Positions 36,601 to 49,309 of a stretch of DNA of 64,000 bases are shown in pieces. The translations under genes were made by a program, and so were the position numbers. Below the pieces are notes generated by a model that was not told the origin of the DNA, ran no database searches, and was given only the letters and a program-made list of their open reading frames with translations. The stretch's first letter is position 1. Every line of letters begins with the position of its first letter. This DNA comes from Selaginella moellendorffii (taxonomy: Eukaryota > Plantae > Lycopodiophyta), in contig NW_003314292.1 in assembly GCF_000143415.4 (NCBI RefSeq), positions 861,325 through 925,324 on the forward strand, read 5' to 3'.

Positions 36601-39163
36601 AAGCATTGCATTTATTTGATCCAAAGTTAATGGAGAAGTAAAAACTTTGTGGCATTTAGATGGTTATTATTGTTTTTTATTGTTGTCACTACTCTTTACT
36701 ATCTCAAAATATAGGGTATATGAATTTCCAAAATTGTCCACATGATCATCGATAGTAGCATAAGATTAATAGCTAGCCACTACCTTTCAACATTGAAAGT
36801 TGATTTAATCATTTGTAACATATACACAGCATGGTATGGCATCTAAAAAACTCCATAGTGACTTTGCAGAAAAGTTCAACCTTATTGAAGTGGATATAAA
36901 TGAATTCTAAGGAGAGTGAAGATTCATTTAAAGTAAAAATGTCCATTGTACTAGCGGATTGAGCAACTTTGGAAAAACATCTTTGACAAGGTTGCTATTA
37001 ATATTTTCATCTTATTTATATTGTTATATTTAAAAAATTATTTTTAGAATTATTTTTATATAAAAATTTATTCAGCTTGAAAGCTTTCAATAAGTGGTTT
37101 TACACACATTCAACCATAATGGAATAGAAGGGTGTTCTTGATTGGGGAAGTGATACATATATACAAAGTTTGTATGTTGCATTGTCTTAGACTTAGAAAA
37201 GGAGTTTAACATCTTTGTGGAGTGTCATAACCTCCATAAACTCCATGCTAATAGAAAGTTAATTACTCCTCATTCATCATGGCAATCTAATACAAGTTTC
37301 AAACCAACAGAAAATCATTAATTGATATAAAAATTGTGGCTGACATACTTGTTTCTCACATATTGGTAGCCCTTGAAGCAAACAAGGACATAATGCACTT
37401 GGACATAACAAAGATATTTCCACCAAATGATTTTCCACTCCCATAGGTAATTCAGTTGTCTCACGGACAACTATAGTACTATTGCAGGATTTTTGTTATT
37501 TACATGATAAAGCACAGAAGGATGCTGTGCTAGATGCCATAGGGGAATAAACATGCGAGATTCTACTGAATATTCTCCATTCTAAGATATCAATCCCTAA
37601 AGGAAGCCTTTGGAAAAATAAAAAACACGCAGATGTGTGCAAAACAAAATCAATATCACTGATGCTGCTTGAGAGTTTTGGCTGGCTGGCGTGTTTGACA
37701 GTCGTGAGTGTATTCACCAAGTCAATCAATACCCAAAGGAAGGAGCATCTTTACATTTGGGAAGACGACATGGATAGTTCCAGGAGTGGAGGGATCGGAG
37801 GAACCAGTTCCATATCCAGGCCCAATCGGCTCTAATATGGACGCAGTGTTCACTGTTTAATCCAGCGCCCTCGAAAAGGTGGAGGTAATCACGCAGTACA
37901 CCCTAAATAAAATAAGATTACGTGTTGGCGAACTCTCATTGGGCTTGGACACCGCTCTGGATCGTTTCGAGTGTGCTCGCAATCTCTTTGGAAGCCAACC
38001 GTCCATGTTTGCCATCGGTGAATCGTCCCGCTTCAGAGGATTGACGAAGAAATCCCGGAAGAATCCTTGGGATCCAACAATGCGAGCTAGGAAGCAGACC
38101 GTGATCCAGCAAAAGGAAGTGCTCATCTCGTCCCTATGGCAAGCTCAGCAGCTCAAGGCTCCGGAGCGCTCGCTCGACTTTGAGCAGCTCAGCGCGAAGT
38201 ACACGTAGCTCCAGCTGGATAACCGTGTGCAACCAGCGAGACGTACTGCTCCAGCAATTCCCAGATCTCCAAGATTAAAGTGAAAGGTCATATCCATTTT
38301 ATTACAGAAGGGGTAGAGTTCCAATTCATGTAGATTGTAACCCCTCCAATTCGTGTCTACCATGATGGAGAGAGCTCGTTCATTCTCGTTTCGGGACCCC
38401 ATACCTGCAGAAAATGTGTTCGTACAACGTACTTGTACATTTAGTGAATGTGAATGTTGCTGTGTCGGTAGGCTACAGGCCGCTGTACGCCAAAGTTGCT
38501 CCCATGCAACACGAGGCAAAGACGCCACTGGGGGGATTCGACCCCCGACCCAAAGGGAAGGGATCTTGTATGGCTCTAGGCAAATTGAATTACTTCTAGA
38601 ATAATGAGCTCCATTTCTCTCACATCATTCCGAATGGCTATTTTTTAGAAACCAGATTCCTAATTTGCAACAAACCTTCCTTAGCATGATGCTTCAAGAG
38701 CATCCTCAACGTGAAGTGGATGTTATGCTTTATGCTGACAAGCGCCCAATGTCCCTGTTCTTCCTAGACAAAGCTTGTAAAGCGTACATCAAAGGCATCA
38801 CACATGTATTCTTCGACAAGAGACGTTCACTCCTGGCGTGGATTTGATCAACAAAGCAGCACCATGGAGAAACTTCATGAAAGAAAGATGGCCTAAATGG
38901 AAATTCTACTTAATGACGACCAGCTCCAGCAAGTCCCAGAGATTCAACACCAGTTCAAAGCTTCTGATGAGCTCCACTTGCAGATTGCACAATTACAACA
39001 CATAGAATGCACTCCTGGCGTGGATCTGATCAACAGGATCATCACAAGCAGCACCATGAGGATAAACTTCGCGAAAGAAAGATGGCCTCTTTCCATAAAT
39101 GGAAATTCTAGAATCACTCAATTCATTGAGTCATGCCTCTTAATATCAATAAAAACAATAAGA

Positions 39164-39745
39164 TCAATGGAGTGAGGTCGTGAACGAGACGGTTTGGAGA
39201 GGGCTTCCACAGTGGTATTGCTGGATAATATCAGCCAGTGAGTTGACAAGTCGACTATCCATGGGCTTCACCAAGGGATTCCTCTGTGGTACAAGCACGA
39301 AATCATACGTGTGGTTCCTTGCATTGAATGGATTTGGGTATGGAATGTTCTTGCTGGTGTTGGAAGGAGATACATAAGGCTCCAAAATGCTGCCCTTCAC
39401 AGCTCCTGTACCAAGCCACCATGATTTGTAAAGTTTTGTAAACCAAAATATATATTACTTACCAGTGCTGCCGGCTGGAATGTTTGCAACCCAAAAGTTG
39501 ATGTAGGGGTAAACTTTATTTGACGCTACCAATGCCTTTTGATCTGCCATGACCACCGAGAAGAGACGAGTAGTGCCATTCTTCCCAAATCCTTCAATGT
39601 CAACTGTAGGGGCAGAATCGGTGCTGCTCAATGAGACGAAGTTGCCATTCCCGACTGTGGTGGAACCATATTGTACAAGCAAACCCACACTAACTTGAAC
39701 CAGAAAGAAGCAGAGAACGAAGCAAAACACCACTGAAATTGCCAT
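39164..39745 (-). CDS. Secreted divergent PEBP-like protein, copy 5
   Basis: Intact two-exon copy. Confidence 0.82.
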
Positions 39746-39982
39746 TAAAAAATGGATTGATGAATTGATGTTTTATTTCTTTGAGATTTATACAAAAGGC
39801 CATAGTTAATTCCGTCCATGCCTTTGATAAATTGTGCAAGTTTTCTAAAAATCTAGTGAACCAAATGGTCTTAAGTTTATAATAAGAATGGTATAGGTTG
39901 AAATTAGAAAACACCAAGAACAAACTTGCATATAAATATATAATTAGAAAGTATTTGCATATAAATACATACACAACTTCCC

Positions 39983-40414
39983 TTACATGATGCCTTCACC
40001 TGCAAAGAATAATAGCATAATAAAATTAGTGACTACAAACACTTTGATCATTGAACTTACATTGATAATCTTCTGGGAGCACTACTCCAACACTGCTTGA
40101 TTGAGAAGGAAATATCTAATTGTAATTGTAAATGTATTAGCAAAAACAGTGACTTCCATTTAACATATCTCTTCATTGTTTCTTTTGCAAAAACACCAGT
40201 AGAAGAAGCAATGAGTGAACACAAGCAATTGTGGCCTAGAACATTCACTGCTTTGCAACAATTTACATCTGGATTCTCAAGAACAGTGCCAGATGCCACA
40301 CGGGACGCATTCTTTGAGAAGATGAGCTCGATCACACTAAGAAGTCCTGCAATTGGGGAAATGGCCAATTGAAACCAAGCTGAGGATAAGAAGCTGTAGT
40401 GCTTTAGAATCCAT
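39983..40414 (-). pseudogene. nsLTP copy 5, frameshifted and interrupted
   Basis: 2-bp loss (ccgtgtggca vs ccgtgtgtggca) and a ~75-bp foreign insert at ~40087-40162. Confidence 0.8.
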
Positions 40415-42923
40415 TAGAGGCAACTCCACAGGTAGCAGCAAGGAAGCCTAGTTCTTAGCTAACAAGTAAAGACATGTGAGCTGGTTTGACAGAACGAGCT
40501 ACATTGTGATCAAAGTAATGGACTTGAAGATTTTAAAAATACAAGCGAAATATTTTACTAGAACCAGTAAGAAACAAGAACCTTGTCACTCTCTCTTAGC
40601 TTGTTGCAACTTGCCTAGTCGAAAAACCGTACATTGCCTGCCCAAACCCAGCTTTGCCTATAGTCTTTTGCCTATTATAGCAAACATGGCCGAAGTGCGA
40701 AGGAAAATTGACGATCGAAGTTTCTTTCCCCGTGACCATAGCTCATCAGATAGATAGATATTCACGCGCTTTAAAGAGATGCCACAACGGAGCCTTAGTC
40801 AGACACGGTTTCTAAATCAAGGGATGATCACGATTAAAGGTTTATCGAAACTTCTCCGGTCAAATGAAATCCACGTAACAAGAAACTGCGGACCGCCACC
40901 TTTCTTTTTTCTTTTCTATCCACTTGCCTGAGGCTGTCTCCAAAAGTACACACATTTGTTGCCAAGTTCTCCTTCCTTATAGTTCCATCATGGAGCAAGA
41001 AAGGTATACATACGTTCTTGAGATCACATATGTATACGTCTATACGCCTTGACGAGAAAATAGCTGATCCATATTTGGACCCTTGAACTGTTGGATCGAT
41101 TTTTGGAGCACGAAACACAGTATAGCAAATGTAATGTGGGATCCTCGAGGCCTTTGCTCATATTTGAGGTGCCGAAATCAGACATTGATGGTGTTTAAGC
41201 ACTATCTCATTTTTGCCATCAAGCATTCCAATGGCGAGCTCAAAATGGTTGGGTGCTGTGGAGGTACACAGAAGAAGATATGGTCTCTTTGGTGATAAAC
41301 AATCCCTAGTGAGAAAGTATTTGCATATAAATACATACACACCTGCAAAGATGCAAAACAAAATCAATATCAATCGTGGTGCTTGAGGATTTTATGGCTT
41401 TGACAAAGTCGTACCTAGGGTGAGTTCTATATCCACCAAGTCAATCAAGGAACGGGAAGATGTCAGCAAATCTTTCAATATTTGGGGGATTTTGGGACAT
41501 GGATAGTTCCAGGAGTAGAGATTCCACAATCGGCTCTTGGCCGTGTTCACTGTGCAGCCAGATCCTAAGAATTCAGCGCATCCACCTCGAAAAGGAGGAG
41601 GTGATCGTACGCAGTCCTGTACACCCTAAACAAAATAAGATTAAACAACGTGTTGGCGAACTCTTAGCTCGCTGTGCGGCTGCGATGACCAATCTTGGCG
41701 AGATCCAGAGCTCCGTTTCGAGTGTGCTCGCAATCTCTTTGAAAGTCCAACCGTCCAAGTTTGCCATCGGTGAATCGTCTGGCTCGAGGATCAAAGTTCC
41801 AAAGGAGCTGGACGATGAAAGCCCGGAAGAATCCTTGGGATCTAACAACGCGTGCTAGGAAGCAGATCGTGATTCAGCAAAAGGAAGCGCTCATCTCGTC
41901 CCTGTAGTTCTTTGAATTTTCTGGAACAAGTTCTAGAGTTTGTTCTTTGATTTTTGGCAAGCTCAGCAGCTCGAGGCTCCGGAGAGCCCGCTCGACTTTG
42001 AGCAGCTCAGCGCGAAGTACACGTAGCTCCAGCAGGATCACCACTCCGTGTGCCACCAGCGAGACGTGCTGCTCCAGCAATTCCCGGATCTTCAAGATCA
42101 AGGTGAAAGGTCACAGAAGGGGTAGAGTTCCAATTCATGTCGGTTGTAACCCAATTGATGGAGAGAGCTCGTCTTGTAGTGTATCACCACAAACTTATCC
42201 GTAGACTGGAATGTGGAGGGCGTTCCGAGGCGTTCGTACAACGTATTTGTACATACATTTAGGTTAGGCTACAGTCCCCTCTACGCCAAAGCTGCAAAAA
42301 ATGCTGCCATGCCGCCACTCGGGAGATTCGAACCCCCGACCCAAAGGTCCTAGTTGATGGCCTGTATGGCAAACTAATTACTTCTAGAATAATGAGCCCA
42401 TTTCTCACATCATAGCAACGATTCTTATACTACGTTGGAAACTGCAACAGACCCCCTCCTCGGCATGATGTTTCAAGAGCATCCTGAACGTGAAGTGAAT
42501 GTTATGCTTTATGCTGACAAGGGCCCAATGTCCTTGTTCTTCCTAGACAAAGCTTGTAAAGCATACATCGAAGGCATTACACATGTAATCTTCGACAAGG
42601 GACGTTTATGGAATGCACTCCTGGCGTGGATGTGATCAACAAAGCAGCACCATGGGGATAAACTCCGCGAAATAAAGATGGCCTAAATGGAAGTCTACTT
42701 AACGACTGCAAGTCCCCGATCTTCAAGACCAGTTCAGAGCTTCCCACTCGTAGATTGCGCGATTACAACTCATAGAATGAACTCCTGGCGTGGATGTGAT
42801 CAAGAGGATCATCACAAGCAGCACCATGAGGATAAACTTTGCGAAAAAAAGATGAAGTTCTAGAATCAATAAGTACTTCCAATTCATTGAGTCATGCCTC
42901 TTATATCAATAAAAGCAATAACA

Positions 42924-43342
42924 TCAATAGAGTGAGGTCGTGAACGAGACGGTTTGGAGAGGGCTTCCACAGTGGTACTGCTGGATGATATCAGCCAGTG
43001 AGTTGACAAGTCGACTATCCATGGGCTTCACCAAGGGATTCCTCTGTGGTACAAGCACGAAATCATACGTGTGGTTCCTTGCATTGAATGGATTTGGGTA
43101 TGGAATGTTCTTGCTGGTGTTGGAAGGAGATACATAAGGCTCCAAAATGCTGCCCTTTACAGCTCCTGTACCAAGCCACCATTATCACATTTGTAAACCA
43201 AAACATATAAGTTGAAGTTACCTGTGCTGCCCGCTGGGATGTTTGCAATCCAAAAGTTGATGTAAGGGTAAACCTTGTTTTGTGCTGACAATGCCTTTTG
43301 ATCAGCCATAACCACCGAGAACAAACTAACAGTGCCATTCTC
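42924..43342 (-). pseudogene. 5'-truncated PEBP-like copy 6
   Basis: Starts at NGTVSLFSVVMADQKAL; lacks signal peptide and first ~55 codons; abuts the RMI1 remnant. Confidence 0.8.
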
Positions 43343-43344
43343 AC

Positions 43345-44712
43345 CACACGCTTAAGAAGAGAATATCTCATGTGTGCCTTTGTAGAAAACACCTGGTATC
43401 TCTTGAGAAAAGCTTGACGTTCTATAGCAGCACTTACATCCAACGGGGAGTGTCCGATCATCCTCTCAACCAGCTGCATAATCGGCGACCATTCTTGATT
43501 AAACAGAATTGCTCGTGGTTCACTAGAGCTTCCATTAAAAGGCTTTCATCTTCGAGCTGGTATGCATCCTTGCTCAGAAAACAATTTCTTTTCTTTTCTT
43601 TTATTACCTTAACTCGGCCTGATTGAACTACACCGGACTCCAAAAACCGCCTCTGTAGAACTGCCAGACGTAAAGGGAGGGGACTCCAGGCTGTCTGCGG
43701 CTGAAAAATGGACGTGAAGATCATAAAACTTACTGCGAAGTTTTCTTCTACTCCTGGTTTCCTGATTGGATTGGAGGAAAAGCATACGAATACGCGAAGT
43801 TCCCAGGCCGACAGGTCCGATGCTGTTCTGAAGTGAAGATAACAAGAATTATGCATGGAGAGAAAACTTGAAAGGCCTTCTTTGTGTTTACTTGGTGTTT
43901 GTTCACTGTAGGAATCCGAACCGCGAGAAAAATCTTCTATAGAAACAGGTGCTTGCCTTGAGCCAGAAAATCAAAATAAGCAAACGCAGTCACTGCGCAA
44001 AGTTAGACCTGTATATGGATGATCACGAACAGTCGAAGAAGGTTGCTGCTCATTCCAGGATTGGCTGCAGCGCCATTGTTTTCTTGGAGTTCGGGGCCAG
44101 GCAGCTTGTGTAAGCTGCTCTTCCAAGTAGTACCACGCGGGTGCCTGCAAATATCCTTAACTAGTACTTGAAGAAGAAAACTTTACCTGTTTCCCCGAGG
44201 AGGTTTGTGTACTTTATGTACCACGCTCTGTCGAGCCTCTTCAAGGTCCTCCAAGAACAGTAACAATTTCCGGGACGAGAAGAAACATCCCCCGACATTC
44301 CTTTCGCATTGGAAGAAAAGAAAATTCAAGGCAAAGACTTGTAATACTTTGAGCTGTGGGGTAGGACGATACTCAATGCCAAAAACTCGTTGAGCATCAT
44401 CGGTCATGGATAGCTTCAAGCTTCGACTTCCAATTCCTTCCTGGTAGTGATCCTTGAAAATGTCCACCGCTTCATCTACCTGTGTGCTATGCTTCCATCG
44501 ATGAAAAGCTATAGAAACCTTCCACTTACTTGTAGAACATAAGTGCATCGCCTGGACCTCTGGAGCGTCGGAGGAGCTGCGCGAAGCATTTCTCGGCGCG
44601 AGAGTCTACCGGTAACTGAGACGCTCCGATCTGCTCGCACAGGCAAGAAGAGAGCCACTGCGCCTTAGGCGAGAACCGTAAAACCCTACTATGGTTCTAA
44701 ACATCCCGCCAT
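43345..44712 (-). pseudogene. RMI1: RecQ-mediated genome instability 1 (RMI1) pseudogene
   Basis: AQWLSSCL..AEKCFAQLL, YVLQ|VDEAVDI, SLKLSMTDDAQRVFGIEYRP, EDLEEARQSVVHKVHKPPRGNR, ..AAW, GRVK|..CFL..EDESLLMEALV resemble plant RMI1. Frameshifts and deletions in exon 1 and elsewhere. Confidence 0.75.
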
Positions 44713-44767
44713 TTTGCGAGCTTGAAAGGTTCCAGGAATATGCTTGCCAAGCAGGGTCTAGGGTTTT

Positions 44768-46340
44768 ATGGCGCTTTGCCGCTTCTCTCGCGCACTCTCT
44801 TCTCTTCCAGATCGCGCATTGCGGCAATTCGCTCCTGCGGCGCCGAGGAGATCGTTCCCCAAGACGCGCCACGGCGTGACATGGGACGATCCCTACCACT
44901 GGCTGCGAAATTCCGAGGATCCGGCCGCCATCGCGTATCTCCAGGCTGAGAATCAGCACGCGCAGTCGACCATGGCTGGGACAAGGGAGCTCCAGTGCCA
45001 GATCCGCCAGGAAATGGCGAGCAGGATGGAGAAGGAGCTCGCATCGCCTCCAGAGCGCTGGGGGGATTGGTGAGTTCTTCCTTGCTCGTTTTGATTTTTT
45101 TTTGCCTAGCTGAGGAACTTAGAAACAATGTAGGTACTATTTCGTGCATATCCCGCAAGGGAAACAGTTTCCCATCTACTCGAGACGAAGAGCCCGCCAA
45201 GGTGGAAGGCTGAAGGCTTTCTTTACAAGTTTTTTTGACAAGAACAGTGAAGTTATGATCGACATCAATGAGCTTGCTGCCGAGCACGGTAAAGTTTTGA
45301 GGATCTTTCCTTGTTTCTCTCTTCTTCCTAATTACACAAGTGTAGGCCATGCGCAGCTTGGAGTTTTTAAGCTATCCAGAGACCACAAACTGTTAGCATA
45401 CACGATCGACTTGGGTGGCAACGAGATGTTCACATTGTTTATCAAAGACTTGGAAACTGATAGCCTCCTCCTGGAGCACAAAACCGATGGTGTAGTAAGT
45501 GTGCAGTGGTCTGATACTGGAGAATATCTTTACTACACTTGTAGTGATGTGGCACAGCGACCTCACAGGTTTCTAGTTGAAGTTTCTTCTAGAATCATTT
45601 TTTCTCGATCTCGACAGGGTTTTGTTGTGGAACTTGCGATCTAAAGATGATGACATTGCAATTTATCACGACGACAATCCAAAGAACTTTGTTGATGTTA
45701 CAAGAACCAAAAACTGGCAGTACGTTTTGATTAATGTCAACTCAAAGACGTCCTCTGAGGTAATTGCGTTTCACAAATGTGTTGCTCGAGCCTCTACAGG
45801 ACAGATTTTTCTGGTAGATCCGAAAACTTCAGCCACAACATTGCGGAAAGTTGCAGATAGAGTTGATGGCATCCAGTATTTCGTGGAACACCATGAAGAG
45901 CACCTGTATATTCTTACCAATTTTTTGGGCGACAAGAAGCTAGCGTCGCTAGGAAACAACTATCGGCTTGTCCGCTGCAAGACAGATAGCTTGACCTCGA
46001 AGGCGTGGGAGGTAAGTCAATTCTCGTTTTTTTCACAGCAAATACTGAAACACTTTAAGAGGTTGTCCCAGTCGAGAGCGAAAATTGGATAGAGGATATG
46101 GATATTTTTGCGAAGCATTTGATCTTATACAGACGACAAAATGGTCTTCCCATTGTGCATGTTTTCAACCTGGATGTAAGCATATGGTGAAAGTTTTGGT
46201 CTCACTAATCTCTTTCCTTTCAGAGCCTGAAAACTCCTCCTTGGACTGTAAACCTTCCCTCCGGGATAACAGTTCTTACTCCTGGAGCAAACTGTGACTT
46301 CAATTCGTCTACTCTACGGCTGTCGATATCTTCACTGGTG
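44768..46340 (+). CDS. Oligopeptidase B / protease II (S9A) N-terminal half (beta-propeller); catalytic domain absent
   Basis: Transit-like N-terminus; HGVTWDDPYHWLR, YLQAEN, LSRDHKLLAYTID, NVNSKTSSE, IEDMDIF, PGANCDFNSSTLRLSISSLV; short GT-AG introns. Confidence 0.85.
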
Positions 46341-46385
46341 GTAAGCTCTCTTTCTTTCTTGCATTAGATGTTCGGCAATATAAAG

Positions 46386-47829
46386 ATTGGGCATGTAACG
46401 AAATCTGGAGAAATAGCGGGGCCACGTACATTGGAGCACATGGTTGATGTTTGTCTTCACTCGGAGGTAAGAGGTTTTTATCTTTGTTCGTTTGAGGTTG
46501 CCATATATTTCTTGTCTCTAGGGAGACCGTCTTTTGTCTCAACGGCTTCTAAGATCACTAAAAAATCGCTTCGCTTCTACGAAAGAGGTGACTGTCTTCC
46601 AGCACTTGCTTTTAAATTGAATCTCGCTGTTTTATCTTTAGTACAGGTCGGCGTGTTTGAGATGGTCGACAACGGTTTACGAGCGGTAGAAAATCCCAGT
46701 TTGAAGTTTCTTTCTGATAGAACTGGGGAGGACACTAATGCATCAGCCACCGTTGGGGTGGCTTTGGAAGGATCTCGGCCGCTGCTGGTTGAAATCCAGG
46801 TAAGCGACTTCTAGGATTTACGTTGGATGATGATACTTTTAGCCAAATCTGAGCGTTGTCTGGCTGCTCTAGCTTTCCAGGTTCAACGAGAGACCGGTGG
46901 TAGATTCTTTGGAATTTCCCGAGTTTCGAGTGAGCTGGACTGCCAAGAACCTCTGACTTGCCATGATCTGACTTTAAAACCGAGAAGCGTATCTGACAAC
47001 GATCAAAAGCTAAAGTTTTCTCCGGCATGAACGCGCGTTTTGCAGGTCTTATGCTCTCCTGCCACTTCACTGCCAAGTAAAAGAACGTTCACTGGAGTGG
47101 ATCCATCTCGATTCAATCTGATTGTTGCCGTAAGTCACTCCATAAATATTCTCCACTTTTGTGAGGCTTGACGCTGTGATGCCAGGTCTTACTCAAACAA
47201 GCGCGCTTGAGACTTGCAAGACAGGTGCGTTCTATACTTTGTGATAGCAAAAGTTCTTATGCTGAAATACTGCTCTAGGATATTTTTGTTAATGTCGTTG
47301 GAGGCTTTCGTTTGGAAGAGCCCGCCACAGATATTGCTGTTGCCGTCGCTATTGCCAGCAGGTACTTTCTCTCGACTAGCTGGGCATACCAACTCACGAG
47401 CTTCGTCTTGCTTGCAGCTATATAGAAAGGCCGGTTCCTCGGGACACAGTCTTCGTTGGTGAGCTAGGACTCGGGGGAGAGCTGCGCTTTGTAAGTTCTT
47501 ACGTGGTTTCTCACTTTTCAATGCTGGAAGTTCCGTCCATGCAGGTAGCTCAACTCGAAAGGCGACTGTTTGAGGCATCCAAGCTGGGTTTCAAGAAATG
47601 CATCGTCCCACAGGGTGCTAAAGGAGTCAAGGTGGACGGAATGGAGCTTATTCTTTGCTCGAGCCTCAAGGACGTTCTAGAGAAAGTCTTCAACTACAAG
47701 AGCCTGCCCCAGCAGCGAAAGAGTGGAGCCACGGTTCATTTGGATGCGTTTCCGGAAGAAGACGGGGTGTGTGGTGAGGTCCAAGTCGGTCAGGACGCTC
47801 TTGACGATGATCTTGCTAATGATAAGTAA
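46386..47829 (+). CDS. RADA: RadA/Sms DNA repair protein C-terminal half (Zn finger and Walker A absent)
   Basis: IGHVTKSGEIAGPRTLEHMVD, KNRFA (KNRFG-like), GVFEM, EGSRPLLVEIQ, DIFVNVVGG, EPATDIAVAVAIAS, GELGLGGELR, RLFEASKLGF; seven exons in frame. Confidence 0.9.
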
Positions 47830-49309
47830 TAAGCTTTTGCATCGTAAAATTTTAATGTCACAGGTGTACATATAATCTAGGAGCTTATACGAATTGTAAA
47901 TAACCATATCGTTCCAAGGATATAGATCTAGCAATACGATTGGTGGTCTTGATTGTTCTCTTAGCCTCAACAGGCATCACCCAGAAGAAGGGGCTGTGAT
48001 TGTCTCCTACCTTGGACAGTGCTTGGAGCAATCGCGTGTGCCTTCCTCGTCGTGCAGTGGCTGCTTGGAACCAGTGGCACGTAGAGATTGAGCCACAAGA
48101 AGAAGAGTGAATCTTTCCGAGATGACCAAAGATGACTCTAAAGCAATAAAATGCTTGTTATTAATAATGTAAAATGAATTAACCTAGAAATTAATGAAAA
48201 CATGATTTAATTAAGATTATTATTCCTCCAGATTATCTTCTTAAAAACTTTTTCATAAAATGTTACTATTAATTGTCCAGTATCTTCTATTTTTAAAATT
48301 GCAAATACTATGCAGTTTGAGTAAAATATATGATTTTTCCATATAATGTTATTGTTATTAACTATTATAAGTAAATGACCATCTAGTTGAAGATGAAGAT
48401 AACAAAATATATTTGATCTTTCTGATATTGTAGACCATATACTTTTGATTGTTTCAATATCATCAATAACAAAATTACAATTTTCTAATTTAGCTCGAAA
48501 TTTATTATTAGAAGAAATTAAACTATGACTATTTATTATAAATGTGCCATAAAAATTTAGAGGACTGTTAAGTAGTTGTGTTCAATATGGCCAACATTGT
48601 AAAAAAAAACATCAATTCTACTATATAAAATATTAAGAGATAGATTAGGATAACCTATATCAGAATATGGCTCATGAGGATCTCTCACAGAATTTATTCC
48701 AAGTGCAATAAAATAAAAATATAAATTATCTATATACGGTTTCAATCATTTCTAGACCATGTAATCTTGCATGATATCCTACTAATCTTAGCATTTCTAA
48801 AAAAGTTCTTCTAACACAGAAAACTGATAATTATCAGGAAGTGAAAAATTTCTAAAACCTAAAGGAGTTGTTGAAAATATGTTGATTACCAAAAAGACCA
48901 AACAGTCCAATCCATCTAGTTTGAGGTGGTTGTGCATTCGATAAATTAACAATTATAAATAATAACAAGAAACTAAATATCATTTCAGATTTAATAAGAA
49001 GTTTTTAGAAATTTACTATACTAGGTAGATGAAGAAAGGTGTTTAAATGTATGTAAAGAAATTCTAGACTATGTATAAAATGATTTTTCTTAATTAAAAA
49101 ATAATAACTACCTAAACTTTATTATATAATATTTAATCTATAAATCATTAAAGGCATAATTATATTTAGTTTTAAAAATTATAATAAATAATTAATTTTT
49201 TAGTATCTTAATTATATTAAATGAAATCATTAATATATTTTAATTGATAAATAAAATTTAAATTTAAAACTAGTACAAGTATTTAATTAATAAATTAATA
49301 ATTATCTTC

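Larger units (their letters stand above)
19930..43345. repeat. Segmental duplication array: three + units (~19.9-22.3, 23.0-26.2, 26.3-28.4 kb) and three - units (~32.3-34.0, 37.6-41.3, 41.3-43.3 kb) flanking HSP90
   Basis: Repeated near-identical LTP/PEBP ORFs and shared flanks; 24.3-28.3 kb is roughly the reverse complement of 39.1-43.2 kb. Confidence 0.9.

Noticed and set aside
34050-37590. AT-rich insert with ttcct/aggaa repeats resembling CACTA subterminal motifs
   Set aside because: No convincing TIRs, TSD or transposase motifs found; left unassigned.
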